63,985 bases of DNA, filler included, from Phoronis australis (GCA_002633005.1; 7 parts of 7 records of this genome joined end to end with filler, not necessarily neighbours in it), one strand, 5' to 3'. Positions 25,890 to 40,974 are shown, counted from the whole stretch's first letter. The notes: generated from the letters alone by a model not told the origin. Program-made: numbers and translations.

Positions 25890-27942
25890 AGAAGAATGCC
25901 ACCCAAAAAACATCATATTTTGTATCAATTTAGATCGACATGGCAGCGTTTTCCAGTTCAGTGACTTTACCAGACGAAGGGTGTTCTGAGCGTTTGAAAA
26001 CATCTAGCTTATCGGAACTTCGGTTGCAGTTGGGCGATTTTGGCGATTCAAAAACTAAACATGATCATCATTTGACAAGGATTTCAAAAATGCTATTGGT
26101 TTATGTTCAAATATGTTATAACTTAAACTTTTATTTTTAACAGCACAGCCCAGTCAGGCTAGATATTATCTTTTTGAAGATAAGAGCACTTATCGAACAA
26201 AAGAGAGCTGGCCTTCCAACCATGAATGCCAGACTGGAGTTAATCAGTGGTGTACGATATTGCCTACAGGGGTAAACTTCCCAACTTGTTGTTGGGCTAT
26301 AGAATCGAGCAACGGGAAAACGCCGTAATGTAGTTCCAATAACAGCAAGTTCAGTTGTTTTACCTGACACCTAACGGCAAACAGTGGTGTTGAAATTAAC
26401 CAAGGACGTAATCGGTTCGAACGCAGTCTCTTCAACTGTTCACAACACACTTACAGTACGCGTGTCAACTTATCGCTTGAATTCATAGTTTTACACCATT
26501 AAATAAGCAAAATTCGATGTAAACCCCATACAAATACATCGAGTTCTTGAACAAACGTGTTGTTATATATTTTACTGTTACGGATTGATAGGTAGCCTAC
26601 AGAATTCGGTAGGCCAATTTACCGTGGTCGATAGCGGGGGTTTAGGCCTGTTTTGTGATAAAGTCGAATCATTCTCCCGTGAAATACAGACGGGGGAACA
26701 TACATGTAGCTGCCTGTTGTACTTCTAGGCATGCGATTTTTTCAGTTCTAAACACACAAAACGCTTGTTACTCCCCGCCAGTGGCTCGGAACCCTGAGGC
26801 ACGTCGCGGTCGCCGGGACTGGACATCATGACCGTAAACCAGCTCAAGTTGGAAAATGAACCTGCTGTCACGAAAAGACTATAAAAGTGAGCCAAAGAAA
26901 TATTGTGCACGTAATTATTGAGGTGAACTAGACACGAAACTGCAAATCTACTTACTTGTCGGAGGTCGCGATATCAGGTTCCCTTTCCACAGAACAGTCA
27001 GGGCAGAGGTTATACAGTAACAAAGATTTGAATAATGTATTTGTATATCTAAATAAAGATTCCCCTAACATGTGACCATAGCATATAAAATCGAGTCACT
27101 GTTTCACAACACCTTTCTGTCAGCAAACACTGAATTAGCATGCGCTCACACGGCCTCGGTGCCTGGTCAATTACTCTTATTGCATCTAGGCCTAAAGCCG
27201 GTAACGAAGCTACAGTAGTTGCTGGCTTCTCAAAACCTTGCACTCACGAATACTCCAAAGGTATTACAAATTGTATCTAATGAGACAGGCTTTGTTTTAG
27301 ATTCTATAAGCATTGGTTAAGGCGAGAATAATTTATTTTGAAACAGAACGCAGAAAAATAATCGTCTACATGGCAACTCGCCCGGCGCCAATCCAGACTT
27401 AGTCGAAAGCTCATCCGACGAAGACTTCATGAATCGGATCGTTAGGTTTCACAGGCTATCAGTTAGAACCGGATTACACAGTTCACGAAACACTAGAGAG
27501 GCGCCGTGAACATGCACAGGCAACGGAACATATAGATAGCTCTTTGGTACACCGGAATTTGTCAGAGAAATCACTGTCCGACAGTAATTTCTCTGACAGA
27601 CACGGAGATGTTTCACGGCCTCATGCCTACTATTAACACAGTACTTTTCATTCTTGACTTCCGCGAGCCACTTCCTAAGGATTTCGGGCTCTCGAGGAAG
27701 TCGAAAAAACGATATACCCACTTTCTTTGCAGCTTCATGGTTCGGACAAGCGGTAACGTTGCACGCAGTATAACGACATTTACGCTACAAATGAACCACT
27801 GACGTCGTCGCGTCGTTTCTTATCTTCTTCACAGGTTAACGCGACACCTCTCGGTCAGGTGAGGTCGACCGTATCAGAGGTGATATGGCTATCGACCGAT
27901 TGAGACTGTAAAAAAACCAATTAAATCGGGTGGCATTCTCCT
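25890..27942 (-). mobile_element. Non-autonomous Kolobok-like DNA transposon with THAP remnant, in the putative first intron of deaminase gene B
   Basis: TTAA (25886-25889)-AGAAGAATGCCACCC...GGGTGGCATTCTCCT-TTAA (27943-27946); THAP-like CNVTACPN...ISFFRLPREPEILRKW...RVC at ~27600-27770. Confidence 0.8.
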
Positions 27943-28233
27943 TTAATGTTTGGATATTACCAGGAATACCCCGAATGAATTGGCCTAGTTTTCTTCATGA
28001 AAATATGATGTCGCAGCTCAGAAACGAGACAATGCCAAACCCGAAATAATTCATAACTAGTAGTCTTAGGGTCTCCCGAGGTTCCAAATTTACCGACTCA
28101 GGCCTTGGTTGACTGTTGTTAAAGAAAAATAAATTATTATATATTAAGGAAAATTGGGAAGCCTGAATAATTCGTAACTGGAGATAAGTTGTGACAAAAA
28201 TCTAGTAGTCCGACTGTTGAGTAAATCGCTTAC

Positions 28234-28470
28234 CTTTTTTCGACGTCAGGACAAACGTCTGAGCTGAACAGTATTTTTGCACACATTTAAATACTTTTTC
28301 GAAGGCCTGCATTTTTAAGAAAAAAAACATTAGTGTGTGTCTGAACCGGATTTTGGTCTTTTTTGCCTGTTTGACGACGAGCGAGCTTTGAAAAGACAAT
28401 GTTTACTGGATTACAATAGACCAGCTTGAATTTCTTATTACACACTGTAGTGTACGGGGCCATTGTAGAA
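28234..28470 (-). promoter_or_regulatory. Candidate promoter and short 5' non-coding exon of deaminase gene B
   Basis: TATTTAAA at 28286-28293 and donor AAG|GTAAGC at 28233; homologous to the gene A upstream block. Confidence 0.5.
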
Positions 28471-31400
28471 AGTAATTGAATTATGTCATTCTGCACGTGT
28501 ACATGTATCTGAACGGTTATGTGTAGCCATGAATATAAGAGTGGCAGTGGCGGATTTAGGAAGAGGCCGTAGCAAGGGGCCATGCCCCCCTCCTAAATTT
28601 GCACAGATTCCATAAGTACATGTAGGTAGTCGCGCAGTTCTGCGTTTAATTGTGCGCCCCTATCGAAAAGAAACAAAGTGGATTGAGGGGAGGGGTTGGA
28701 GGCAAGGGGTCCACGCCACTCCCCTCTTAAAATTCTCTTAGATTCCATAAATACATGTAAGTAATCCCGCACATCGGTTTAATCTAAAAATACCATATTA
28801 TAGTTTTGCGGTAAATAGGGCGCGCGTGCACGGAAGAGAACACAGGTGACAGGTCACAGTCACATAACAGAGAAGAAGTTTCCTCTTTTGTGAAGTGGGG
28901 TGACGCACCCGTTCCTTACGCAGTTACTCGCTTTAATCAAAATAGAATTGTGCGCAGTTATGCTCTAAAAGGGAGTCCAGTACATACTGCTAACGTTCCA
29001 GCACGTGCACTTACTTGCTTCAATCACACTTGTCAGCCTTGCGATATACTCCCATCAAACACACACTATGATAAGAGCGCAGTTACGCTCTTAAAGGTTT
29101 CCAGAACATTCTCCTAACGTTGTAGCTCGTGCAGTTATCTGCATCAACCTCGCTCGACATACTTCTAACGCTCCATCCCGTGAAATTACTTGCTTCAACA
29201 ACACTCGTTCAGCTTAACGCTCCGACTCCCAGCAAACATCCAATATCGCATTTTTCTGTGGTGATGACTCCATGAAATAAAAGATCACAGTTGTTCTATT
29301 TTTAGTCAGTTTTTAAATTCACAGTTTTTGAGGAGTTAGCTTTTGGACTTCATGCTCATATTAATTTTGAACTATTTCCTCTACATCTTTGAAGACTAGC
29401 ACTTCCAGGTCAGCATTAAGATTAAAAAATGTGTGCAGTTATGAATAGTGTTATAGTTTCAAAGGTATTACGGGGAGTTTATGTTGACATATTCAGGCTT
29501 ACGAATGTCAATATACTTCATTTCTCATGAGATCTAGTTCTTTTCTCATCTGTAGCAATCTTTTGTCATCAAATGTACAAGTTCCAAGTTGTACATGTAT
29601 TGTAAAGGCGATTGTAATACACCTGCATGAGGTGTCATGTATGTAACACGTGCTTGCTACAGTATAACTCGTGCCTTTTTTTAGTTATAAAAATGTAATT
29701 AACAATAAAACAACTCAGTTAGTAAGAACTGAAAATACTTCAATTCATAAAAAAGAATTGTGTTATTGAGAATAAGTCATTAAGCAGGCCGTGAGTGAGA
29801 AAGATTGTCCAGTCTGTTATTCCATTCAAACCACATTATCTTTTAATATTTGTCTTTAGATGTGACTGAAGAAATTTTTTAAAAAGAATTAAGAACGGCA
29901 CTCCCCCAAAATTTGAACACTCAAGTGATGAGTTAGATTACACAATTCTGTATAGAAAACAATATAACCTTCTAAATCCACCACTACAATGGTTCCGGTT
30001 TTTTGGTGACTTGTACAGATGTGGACCACTCCTTGGATACTTTCCTCTGGTTGTCTGTAGAAGTACATTCCAATCTGAAATTTACAATTTCTAATTTGTT
30101 TTCAACTTAAAATATGGCAATTAAACAAAACTAAAAACACGAAAATCTTGTTTCCAATGTTATTCAATCCAACAAGATTAAAAACAGGTTTCAACTATAC
30201 ATGTAGGCAATGAGTATTCTACAATCACCTTGTCCGTCAATAGGAAATGAAACGAAAAAGGACATTTTACCCTTTATTTATACCTCTTTTGGCATTCTAG
30301 GCCTCTGATTAGCCAATATTTGTGTTCTATTTCGGACTATTGTCACCAGCCAAGGGTCATTGAACACTGACATATTAAATTACGTCCAGACTGCCGTGTA
30401 CATGTACATCGGTAAAAATCCTTGACCACAAATTATTCCTCAACGATTAGCATACACTGTTTCCAGGCCGGTTTATTTTTGGGCGGCGCACTGCGCCCTT
30501 TTCGCTGAACTTTTAATTTAGGCGCACTACAGTTGGGATTCACCGGCTTTTTTGTCTGTATTTACAGAACTGTTTTCGCGGCAAAATTACGTTATGTGTT
30601 GATGTGACGAGGAAATGAGAACAGGTGTAAATAACAACAAATCACTGTAATCCACATGCATATGTACATGACTTGTATACTAGGTGTCCAGTATTCAGAG
30701 TCAATGACCATCCTTATAAACCACTTTGATGAACTCATTGCCAAATCTACAATATGACCGTCTTGGCTACGAAGAGACGTACCACTTTTAATATTTAACG
30801 GATCCCTGGATATAATTTTCAATAAGTTTTTTGTAAATTAACTACAGTTGTAGCTACTTCAGTGCGTCCACGGCAACTACATCACTGGTAAAAACATTAG
30901 ATTTTTTTAACTGACAGTGAGCCTCACATTGTTTTTTTGTTAAGCCGGACGTGATTTAGCTTTCTTTGTAGTACAAAGCCCAGGACCGTAGTAAGGCAAA
31001 AATTGTTGGGGCACAAACAAATTCGACATCGCTAAACTACCTCCCCCCCACCTTCCTATCGCCACTGCCTGAGCCCCCTAACCCTCCTCCCCCGTTCTTC
31101 GTATGCCGCCATATTTGTACAGAACATGCACGTCCGCCATACATGTATGTGGGGGGATCCTGGCGATGCAGCCATCGAGATTTGAGTAACCGTGAAACTT
31201 TGTTGGTAGCCACTGAGGAGGGAATTCTTAATTCGATCGAATCCCCCGGATCACTCCTCACTTGTTGTCTTTACGACAAGTTTCCCAGGATTGTCGGATT
31301 CCTTGCAACCCACATGTATGTTCAAAAGCAGCCCCGCAATAATCCCGTTAGGGTAAAGCAAAAGTTCAATTTCCCATCAATGCTTCTACTGTTGTTCTTT

Positions 31401-34099
31401 CATTTATAGTCATGCACGAGGAAATGATTTGTTTCGCCCCCAGCAACAGGGAGTAAATTGTAGAGATGTATCCAAATGGTTGAGTTTGGAGTTTCACACA
31501 GAAATAGTGGGTGGTCGTGGCAAAAACACCCGTAGTAAGGGGCGGGATGGAAAAATTAAGTAGGGCCTACCAAAAGGCTTTTGAAATACATGTGGACAGT
31601 TATACATGTAGCTATAAGTTACCTCCCGGGGCGGGGAAACTATTGGCACGGAGCGGCTGGACATATCCTGCACCATGTCCCTGTGGTGGTCGCTGTCTGC
31701 TTGTATAATAACAGTGTTTTACTACTCGTCGTTGCAATGCCCATTTGCCCTGTGAGTCAAGGCTATACATGTAAGAACCGACATCAGATTAGTTCCTAGG
31801 TCAGGAATTTTCACTTGGTATCGTTGTACGTTATATTTGCTGTTGGTGGTCTTAGAGAAGGCCATCCGCTGCCCTAACCCCAAATCCACCTATGTTACTC
31901 GCCAGTAGTTCGCCCCTGAGTGGGAGAGTGAGACTAATGTGTAAAGCATCCTACAAAAAACGTCAAAGCTAGGGTCAAACATCAGCGGGGGCCACGTTTT
32001 CATGCGACGAGTGTCCTTATTTAACTGGCCGGTTCAATTTTATTTTTAAAATTAACAAACGTCACTTTTCTGTTGAAAAATCGTTGTGGGGTCATTTTTC
32101 AAAGTTGAAATATCATTTTTCCACGGAGGTCAAAATCTAATCTTGTACTATGGCAGTCTAGTAGAGTTACAAAACATGTGGTCTATTTGAAAATACATGG
32201 CAATAACTTGAGTTATCTCGTGAAGTCTTGCTTTTCTAGCGAGGTCCTGGCAATACAGAACCCTACCGAGGCTTCGACGTTATTTTAAAACTTTTAATTT
32301 GTAGCCTTTCGAATTGTATGCTGTCGCTCTTAAATCACAATTTTCTGCATGTATCGTGTACATTGGTTAAAAAACGGACACAATGTTTTTTACGCTATTG
32401 TCAGATGTGACACCTTTCGGGTATAAAACATCAAATATTCATGTGGGCAAGCCGGATCATATCAAAAGTTTTTTGAACTTGGTAAACTGTCCCGTATTTG
32501 CTCCACAAACGGTTGCAATCGTGAAGGCAGTTCATGGTACATTATTGAAGTCTGATGTTCTTCACAAAAAAAGCTGTGTGCCAGCCGAATCTGAGCAGCT
32601 AAAATGAATTATTGTAAATTCTCCCGTATTTGTTTGATACGTTTTCCCGCACTAGGCTGTCATTGGGTTGCACACGTATTATTGAAAAACTCGTTCGTGT
32701 TCGTCGATGTGTACCAGGTGCCTGGTAAATACTGTAAGGATCAAAACTCCCCAATGCGCTTTAAAAACTTTTATTGCAGAACTTCATAACTGTACCATTC
32801 GAAAATGGAAGCAAAAGCGAAGCGATCAACTGTAAAGAAAAAAACAAAACTGTAAATATAATGTACAACAATATAAAAGGGATCAATTCATAATATTGCA
32901 CAAAGGTCAAAGGTCAAATTAAGAAAACTTCAAAATAACAATATACACGCATATCTTGCTTGAAAACAAAACTAACACGTTAGAAAACCCATACAAACAG
33001 AATATTATCTGACTTGACTGAAAAATAGAGGTTTTACAAGGCAAAATAACTAACTTGAGCCTCAGACAAATTTCAAGTTCAGACCATCGCGAAAACTTCA
33101 AAAGTCTCAAAAACCTAAATAAGCCTGAAACTCATAACATAAATTACTAGGAGTAATTCACAAGGCTTATTAGAAAATTACTATGTACAATAACTTAAGT
33201 AATTCACCGTATAATTGGACTTCTCCAACGTCAAACTTGGAACTTAAACTTTACATACTTGAAACATAAAGTTTTGCCAAGAGGCCAGGTGTGTTTGCGC
33301 GGATGACATGATCGTGCAGACGATTAGAGGACACTTTACGTTATTGCAACAACCATCGCGTACGTCGGAACGCTATGAGTAACTCAAGAAACACGGCGCA
33401 GAATTTCATATACATGTGCACTCTGACAGAAATTTCGTCAAGTTATTCTCCGACTATAATTATTTCCCTAAGATCATGGAGTTTACAGGGGCGGATCCAG
33501 GATTTTGAGTTGGGGGGCAGAGTAGAGTATTAGCCAGGATTTTGCTCGTCAGACATTCACACCCCCAAACTGCCAAATGGACTATGAAAGAATTTTAGGC
33601 ACACGCATTTACATAGAAAAATATGAGAATACGCGCTTACTGGAATTGTAAAGCAGAGAACTTTATCAGCAAACATGTTGTATATTGTATAATAATACAG
33701 GTGATGTCTTTTTCACGATATGTCACCTTATGGGTAAACGAAGGTTTAGAGTTGTACCGATAATTAGGACTATTATATAATTATTACAAACTAGCATCTG
33801 ATACATACATATACACCTACGTGTATCTCCATGGTGATCAATCGAGACTAAAGGCGACGAGCAATAAAGTTGTCCAACTAAATTGCTTTCCGACGGAATT
33901 TTCACCGACTTTTTCATTTCTTGTTAAATGCGTCTATTGGCGCATGTTCACTGTTACCATGTTGTTGTTAGTGCATTGAGGAAGCAGCTTTGTGAACTAG
34001 AACCAAGATCTATTGGTTGTAACAACTTTCATTTAATTAATTATAGCAGTTGTAGTAAAGATTGGTTTAAAAAGTGTACTATACATACTTTTGCACAAA

Positions 34100-34630
34100 A
34101 CCCGACACTCATGCGCGGTTAAGTAATTATCATAATGGAAAAGAAATTAGAGAAATTTATTTTTTACCCTTCAGCCTCCCAATAAATCCTGAATTAAAAA
34201 ACTTCAGGTACCTCTTTACCCATAGAAGAATATTTACAAATATCACTTTATACAAAATAGGGGTGGTTGATACTGATAAGTGCCCCTATTGTGATGAGTT
34301 ACAGACTCTATTTCATATGTTTTATTATTGCACATGTGTCAGGACTGTCTGGGAATCAGTGCAAATACTCTTAAATAAAGCCCTCAATACCCAGTAAATG
34401 TTTACGATGTGGGACATATAAGATTCTATTCAAAACCCTAATACAAACCACAAATTAATATGCAATACCATTGATACACTTGCACTTTACTTCATTTACC
34501 AAAGATCAAATGTAAAAAAGCCTCTCCTTTTAAGGATTTCAAGTTGAAACTACAAACTTTTATAAACACAATTTTAACAGATACCTCGGACGCAAATATG
34601 GATAAATGGAGAGGTCTGCACGCATGCTTT
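34100..34630 (+). mobile_element. 3' fragment of a Tx1/L1-type ORF2
   Basis: ELKNFRYLFTHRRIFTN...LYKIG...KCPYCDELQTLFHMFYYC...VW; stops and frameshifts follow. Confidence 0.75.
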
Positions 34631-36488
34631 TAATTAGTATTCTAGAAATCATCAAAGTTGTACTGTTATTATTTTTATATGTATTTATGTTTGTACGTAT
34701 TTATATAGAACCTAATTTCTCCAGACATAATTCCAACACGGCATGTGTGTGTGTGTGTGAATGGCGCGTGAAAGTTCTTCCCCCGCTCCCATTTCCCCTT
34801 TCAAGGTACATTTTATTGCCTTATATATCTATTAGTCGCTATTATATACTTTATTAAAGCCAGAACTGAGGCGCCCAACCTCAGACTGGCTTCGTGATGT
34901 TGTCTGGGCAATAAATGTATTAAGAAGGTCAAGACTTGAGCTTTCTGCCGCCTGCAATTTGGTCGTATCACGAACGCGTATAACAACATCGAACGTCTAG
35001 GCGGCTTGAATGAAGAGTGCAAAATAAGCCCAAAAGCAAGTCCGCCTATCCGCTGAACAAAATGACTTCTTCAATTTTAGGCCAAGTAAAACAGACGGGT
35101 ACATTTCTTGATCAACATTGCGATTTCTGAGCTTGGAAAGCCTTGACATTGAACGAACGCTCGATGCACAAAAGAGTCATCACGACGAACCGAGACTGGA
35201 CTCAATCAACAACGAATTGTACCTTCTCTGCTAGCCTAGAAATCATACATGTACATGTATTTAATCTAAACAAGTAACACCATTCGGTTTCATAATCGAG
35301 ATGGGGTCCTTTAAACGCTTTGTTGATGGCCGACTTGATGTAAAGCAGGCTTGGAGATTGTTTGAGTTAACCAGTATATTTTAAACGCAATTTGTGTCAT
35401 GTCAATTTTGCATGTCCACGTGATTCAGTATGCGCTATAGGGGCATTTTTGTACATAAAGGAGATAAATAACCTACCATCTGTTTATCTGTTACACACCA
35501 AGCACTGCCAGAGGTTCATGTAAGCATAGACTATAGATAGTCGGTGGGCCAGATTTTGTAGGGCCTCTAGAAAATGGTTTTTGTGAGTACTTTAGGGGGG
35601 CAATTTTATTTTGGTGTTTTTTAGTTCATTTATTAGAGTGTTTTCAAAATCTAAAAAGTTCCCACATATAAAGTTGCACATTTTTGAGAAATTTGAGTTT
35701 GAAGTTACCTAATAATCACCAAAGAGCTTAGTAAACTTATATTTGTAAAAACAACAGTTTTGGTGACTTTTTTGTAAAACAAGTAATATGGTCCCATCAG
35801 TGCCATTGTATTGAACAATATTACANNNNNNNNNNNNNNNNNNNNNNNNNNNNNNNNNNNNNNNNNNNNTTAATTAATTAANNNNNNNNNNNNNNNNNNN
35901 NNNNNNNNNNNNNNNNNNNNNNNNNTGACTCGGCAGCTCTCACCGTCAGACTATATGAAAAGAAATTGGCGCGAAATGCTTGCCTCCTAAAACGTCACTT
36001 CTGCAGTAGCGGACGAGTAATTAATAAAATTACTAAAAGCTGTAATTAAGTGGAAAATATGTCTAGGATAACCAATCAACCTTATTTAAGCTCAAAATGA
36101 CATGAAAAAAGGTTGCCTTCGCCTTTAACATCTTGAAAGCAGACGACGTGTAGGCTACGCGCTCCGGTCAATGACCGAGTTTCATGAATGAGTGCAGCTA
36201 CCCGATGAGGATTTTACAATGTTATAAATATTCTTGTTATTTATTTATTTTCGAAATATGATACAAGTTCAATGCACGATAACTGTCATTTTCACACTTT
36301 TTATGAATTTCAAGTAATAAACTGTTACATTTAAAACTGTTTTCTTTTACTATAGTGAGTTAGCAACATAACGCGCACGTACATACACAACAGGTTGTGA
36401 TTAGCCACGTAAACAGTCAGGGTGAAGTATTTATAAAATGCCGATAGAAAACAAAAGAAACTCACGAATTCGATACTTATGAGATAAA

Positions 36489-36570
36489 TACAAAACGTAC
36501 CTCGAGTGGCGTACATGAAATAATATATATATTATTTCATGTACGCCACGCTCCGTACGTTTTGTGTATA
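36489..36570. repeat. Imperfect palindrome centred on a (TA)n run
   Basis: ACAAAACGTAC...GTGGCGTACATGAAATAATATAT / ATATTATTTCATGTACGCCAC...GTACGTTTTGT. Confidence 0.8.
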
Positions 36571-36631
36571 TATTCTACATTTCGTGAAACAATGGTATCC
36601 TTGAGACAATCCTTATTTAGTTTCAGATTAA

Positions 36632-39600
36632 TTTCCTACGTTAATATTCTTCCAATTAGTTTGTTCCAAGTTTCCTTTCGTCATCATATTTATTGCGTTA
36701 GGTAGTTTTCACTTGGGTTTCAGTGTTCTCTCAATATTTCAATAAATCAGTCGTGCTTTACGAACCGCCTCAGTTTTCCCTCCTTCACATTTTTGGCGCG
36801 GTGACCTGTTCAATAGTTTGGAACTCAGCAACAAAGGACACAAACTTTGCCAGCTCAACATCCACAGACTTTTACAAGATACATCAACTTTAATAGTCAG
36901 CACATCTTCTTTGCCGACATCTCAACAATTGAAAAAATAGACAGCAATATAAAACACATTGAATACCGAAAGAACCTATATGTGGAATACGAAACACAAA
37001 TTGCATCGACCATCACTGACAATAGCGACCACCTACAATATCTGGAAAGCAGCAACGAATGATAGATTAATTTCATGTAACAGGCCTCCGGCCCACATTA
37101 CAATATATAACACAAAGATAGTACAATAATTTTTCAAGTCTAAATTAATTCATATCAAGGAACTCATTTCGGAGTTTCACCGCATTAATTAAACATCTAG
37201 CAACTTTTCTCAGAACATTTAAGTCATGGGTCTGTATAACATTTCTGAATACTATATCTTCCACCTTATCGTACCTTGGTAAAAACCGCACTCGTAAATC
37301 CGAATATAAATTGCATTCGAGAAGAAAGTGGAATTCTACAATATCTGGAAAGCAGCAACAAATACCTCTTTATAATAACACAGTCACTGAATATCCCACG
37401 ACTAGATCGCGATGAATTTGCCATGTCAACGCTTCCTACGTCACCGAGTCTACAGCTGCCATCAAATTGTTCGGAAGCCTCGACTATCTAGATAGTTCAT
37501 GCACAGAATTTCTTTCACAACTCAAGGGACATTATGATGGCAGCAGGCTTCAATTTACGATCATGGAGTTCGAGTGATGTTACGACTAGGCAATGTGCAT
37601 CTCAACTTGATGTTGACGACACATCATCAAATGTCAAAATTCTTGTAATAAACTGGAACCCAGTTCTTGATAAGTCAACTTAGTCAACCATGATCAAAGC
37701 GAGTACAACGCACTGAATACCACCAAAAGAGAAATTGTAAGTTCTGCTGCTAAACTTTTTGATCCTCGTGGATTAGTAAATCTAGTGTTAGTACGTGCCA
37801 AGTTATTTATTCAAAAATTATGGTCTTTGGAATGCGACTGGGATGAACCTCTAAAGTCAGATTTACACAGCCAATGGAAAGAGATACTTGCGGACTTGAA
37901 GTTCTGTTCAACTTTTACACTTCCCAGACAATACATCACTAAGGTTTCTTTTACCAACAACTTAACATTGCACGTATTTTGCGATGCTAGTGACAAGGCT
38001 TATGGAGCAAGTGTTTACCTCTACTGTGATGGCGCTTCGTCTTTAGTGATATCAAAATGCAGAGCAGCACCTTTGAAATCTCGTCGGCTGCTGTACTTGG
38101 CTCCCGACAAAAGAAGTTTGCCGAAAACGCGTTTTCACATGTCGACATAGACAAAGTTTTGATGTTTTCTGACAGTCAAGTAATTTACACTGGCTACACA
38201 GTCGCAAAACGTTGCCAGTTTTCACCAGAAATCGCGTCAACGAAATAAATGACAAAACGCAGCTGGAAAACTGGTTGTATTGTCCAACACAAGACAATCC
38301 CGCAAATTTATTGACAGGAGGTGTACAGTTTGCCACACTTGAAAATTCGTCCCTGTGGTGGTATGGGCCAGACTGGATACGATCTGAAGAGTGGCCATTT
38401 CAGTTATGGAATTCTCATAACTCACTACCAGAAGTAGAAGTTTTAGTTGTGGTGAACGAGGACGCGCCTAACCAACACAACGATGATTTTGGAATACACA
38501 AAGTGATGGACATTACAGAGTTCACGTCAATAAAGCGTTTATACCCCGTCACATAAAAAATCGTTTCATTTCCCGTGTTAAGAAACAAAACCTGCCAGCA
38601 TAGGGCAATTTAACAGCCTCAGAAATCACTCTCGCAGAAACCCGATGGTTGAAAGGTGTTCAACAATCTGCCTTTCCAGCCGAATTAGCACAGCTCATGG
38701 ACGGAAGAGGTCACAGATCAACAGTGGTACGTCAATTACGACTGTTTGTCAGAGATGGTCTGATTCGCAAAGCAGGACGTATACATAACGCGGATCTTCC
38801 AATCGGAACAAAGTTTCCAATATTGTTACCATCTAACACTACAAGTACTTCTTTGACCCAGCAGTACTGGATACCTCGAATTCGCGAACGTGTTCGGGCC
38901 GTTACTCGTACTTGTGTCACATGCCGCCGTGTTAATGGCCCTCCATATAGAGCTCCTAATCCGCCACCGTTACCTGCATGCCGTGTAAAAGATGCACAGC
39001 CGTTCGAAATCACAGGTGTAGATTTCTCAGGACATTTATTAGTCAAACAATCTCAAGGTCGTGACACGAAAGTTTATATCTGCCTGTTTACAGTTGCGCC
39101 ACAACTCGTGCTGTACATTTAGAATTAGTCCAAGACATGACTTTCACAAGTTTCCTACAGGCGTTTCGAAGTTTTTGTAATCGTCGTTCAACGCCCAAAA
39201 TAATGTAGGGCAATGGTACTAATACTTCGGTTCACCCCAAGAGATTCAACAGATCATGAATTCAGAAAACGTTCAAGACTTTCTAACTCAAAGAAACATT
39301 GAGTGGAAATTCGTTCTTAGAAGAACTCCGTGGTATGGAGGATTTTGGGAAAGATTTACTGGACTCACAAAAACTGTTATTAAGAAGGAGCTATGTTGAT
39401 CTAAGATTAATTATCATGAGCTGAACACTGTTCTCACAGAATGCGAGACAGTGCGTAATAAACAACCACCCATTAACATTTTTGTCCAGTGACATTTCTG
39501 ACGTAGATTCACTCACTCCAAACCAGCTCATCTATGGTTGAACTATTGGAAATTTACCGTTTCGGCATGTTGAGGATGATGAACTCTCAGATCCTGACTT

Positions 39601-40219
39601 CCACCAAACAGCTCTCGAAGCCATGTACAACAAACGTTCTCATTACATTGGCATATTTGTTCAGCGGTGGAAACACGAGTATTTAACGTTACTACAGGGA
39701 AATGTCAAACAATCAGAGGAAAACAGGGAATCCTACTTCGATACAGATTGGAGACATTGTTTTAATACATGATGACAATTTACCAAGAATACTTTGGCAA
39801 CTAGGAAAGGTTGATGAGTTAAATGTAGGACGTGACATCAGTATTCGACTTGTATCGCTGCGCACAAAATCCGGTCTAACCAACAGACCCATTACGAAGT
39901 TATATCCCCAAGAATCTTCACTAGCATGAACTATCTGTAGATGCGTTTGGAATTAACCGTTTGTCCCGGGGATGATGTCATGACGTTAACATTATTTTCT
40001 CGTTCTCGTTTCACGTTCACTTTGCGATATGAGTTACCATTATGTTTTCCCGGATTTTCTTTCTTACGTTTCTAATATTCTTCCAATCAGTTTGTTCCAA
40101 GTTTCCTTTCGTCATAATATTCATAGCGTTCTGTAGTTTTTAATTCCGTTCAGTGTTCTCTTAATATTTCAATAGATCAAACGTGTTTTAAGAACCACCT
40201 CAATTTTCCATCCTTCCCA
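36632..40219 (+). mobile_element. Decayed, internally deleted BEL/Pao LTR retrotransposon
   Basis: Partial 5' LTR 36632-36789, then PBS-like TGGCGCGGTGACC. Pol remnants AGFNLRSWSS, WDEPL, LHVFCDASDKAYGA, NPANLLT, WWYGPDW, CVTCRR, PFEITGVDFSG, PWYGGFWE, IGDIVLIHDD...RPITKLYP. 3' LTR TGT...CA at 39976-40219. Confidence 0.9.
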
Positions 40220-40221
40220 AT

Positions 40222-40966
40222 CTCGGCAAAATTAGTCAATAAACACGACAACTACATTGGTCATTATTTATAACCACCGAATTGTGGCCCTGAGGTCATT
40301 CAAAATAAAAGAAAGCACTTCAATCGTCACTCTCAAAAATAACTTTAAAATGCATACCACTACTCCAGACTTGCCAGTCCCATTGACATCATTCCAACTT
40401 CCCCGCAACCATGAAATAACCCTATACAGATCAAGATGTGGTCTATTCCTTAACAACGAGAAATTTAGACATTATTAATTTTAATAATATTTCGCCTCTG
40501 TGTTCCTGTGGAGATACCCAGACATATCCTCATGTTTTCTTTGCTTGTGAGGTATGCAAGGAGGAGAGGGTACAGCTCTTCCAGGCACTCGAACAGTACC
40601 CCCAATGTTTTTAAAAAATATTCTGAAATTTCGCAATTGTACAGCAAACTTAGTTTCTTTCTATATGGATGTCAAGAACTTAACTCAAACGAAAATAAGG
40701 TTTTATTTGAAATAGTATCAGAATTTCTTTATCACATTAAATCTCTTTGTGTGAGTGGATAAAATTTTATTCATCTGTATGAAAATGAATTATTTTCATT
40801 CGTTGTCATATATCATTGTATTCTTAACATCAGTTTTTTTACTTATGTATTCGTATATAATAATTGTGTATAGACTTCGTTGTATTTTTACCCAGATCTA
40901 ATGCCTCTTGACGCTTTCTGGGTTATGTACATGTATATTCATTGTACTCGTAATAAACATTAAAAA
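40222..40966 (+). mobile_element. 3' end of a CR1/L2-group non-LTR retrotransposon
   Basis: HEITLYRSRCG...CSCG...HVFFAC...FLYGCQELNSNENKVLFEIVSEFL; AT-rich 3' UTR ending AATAAACATTAAAAA. Confidence 0.6.
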
Positions 40967-40974
40967 GGAGTGGT

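Noticed and set aside
29940-31760. Several exon-like minus-strand segments (near 30075, 30806, 31263, 31750) as a third gene
   Set aside because: Could not be joined into a coherent frame; no deaminase or other recognisable motif.
32380-32810. Possible decayed minus-strand coding segment
   Set aside because: Multiple stops; no family recognised.
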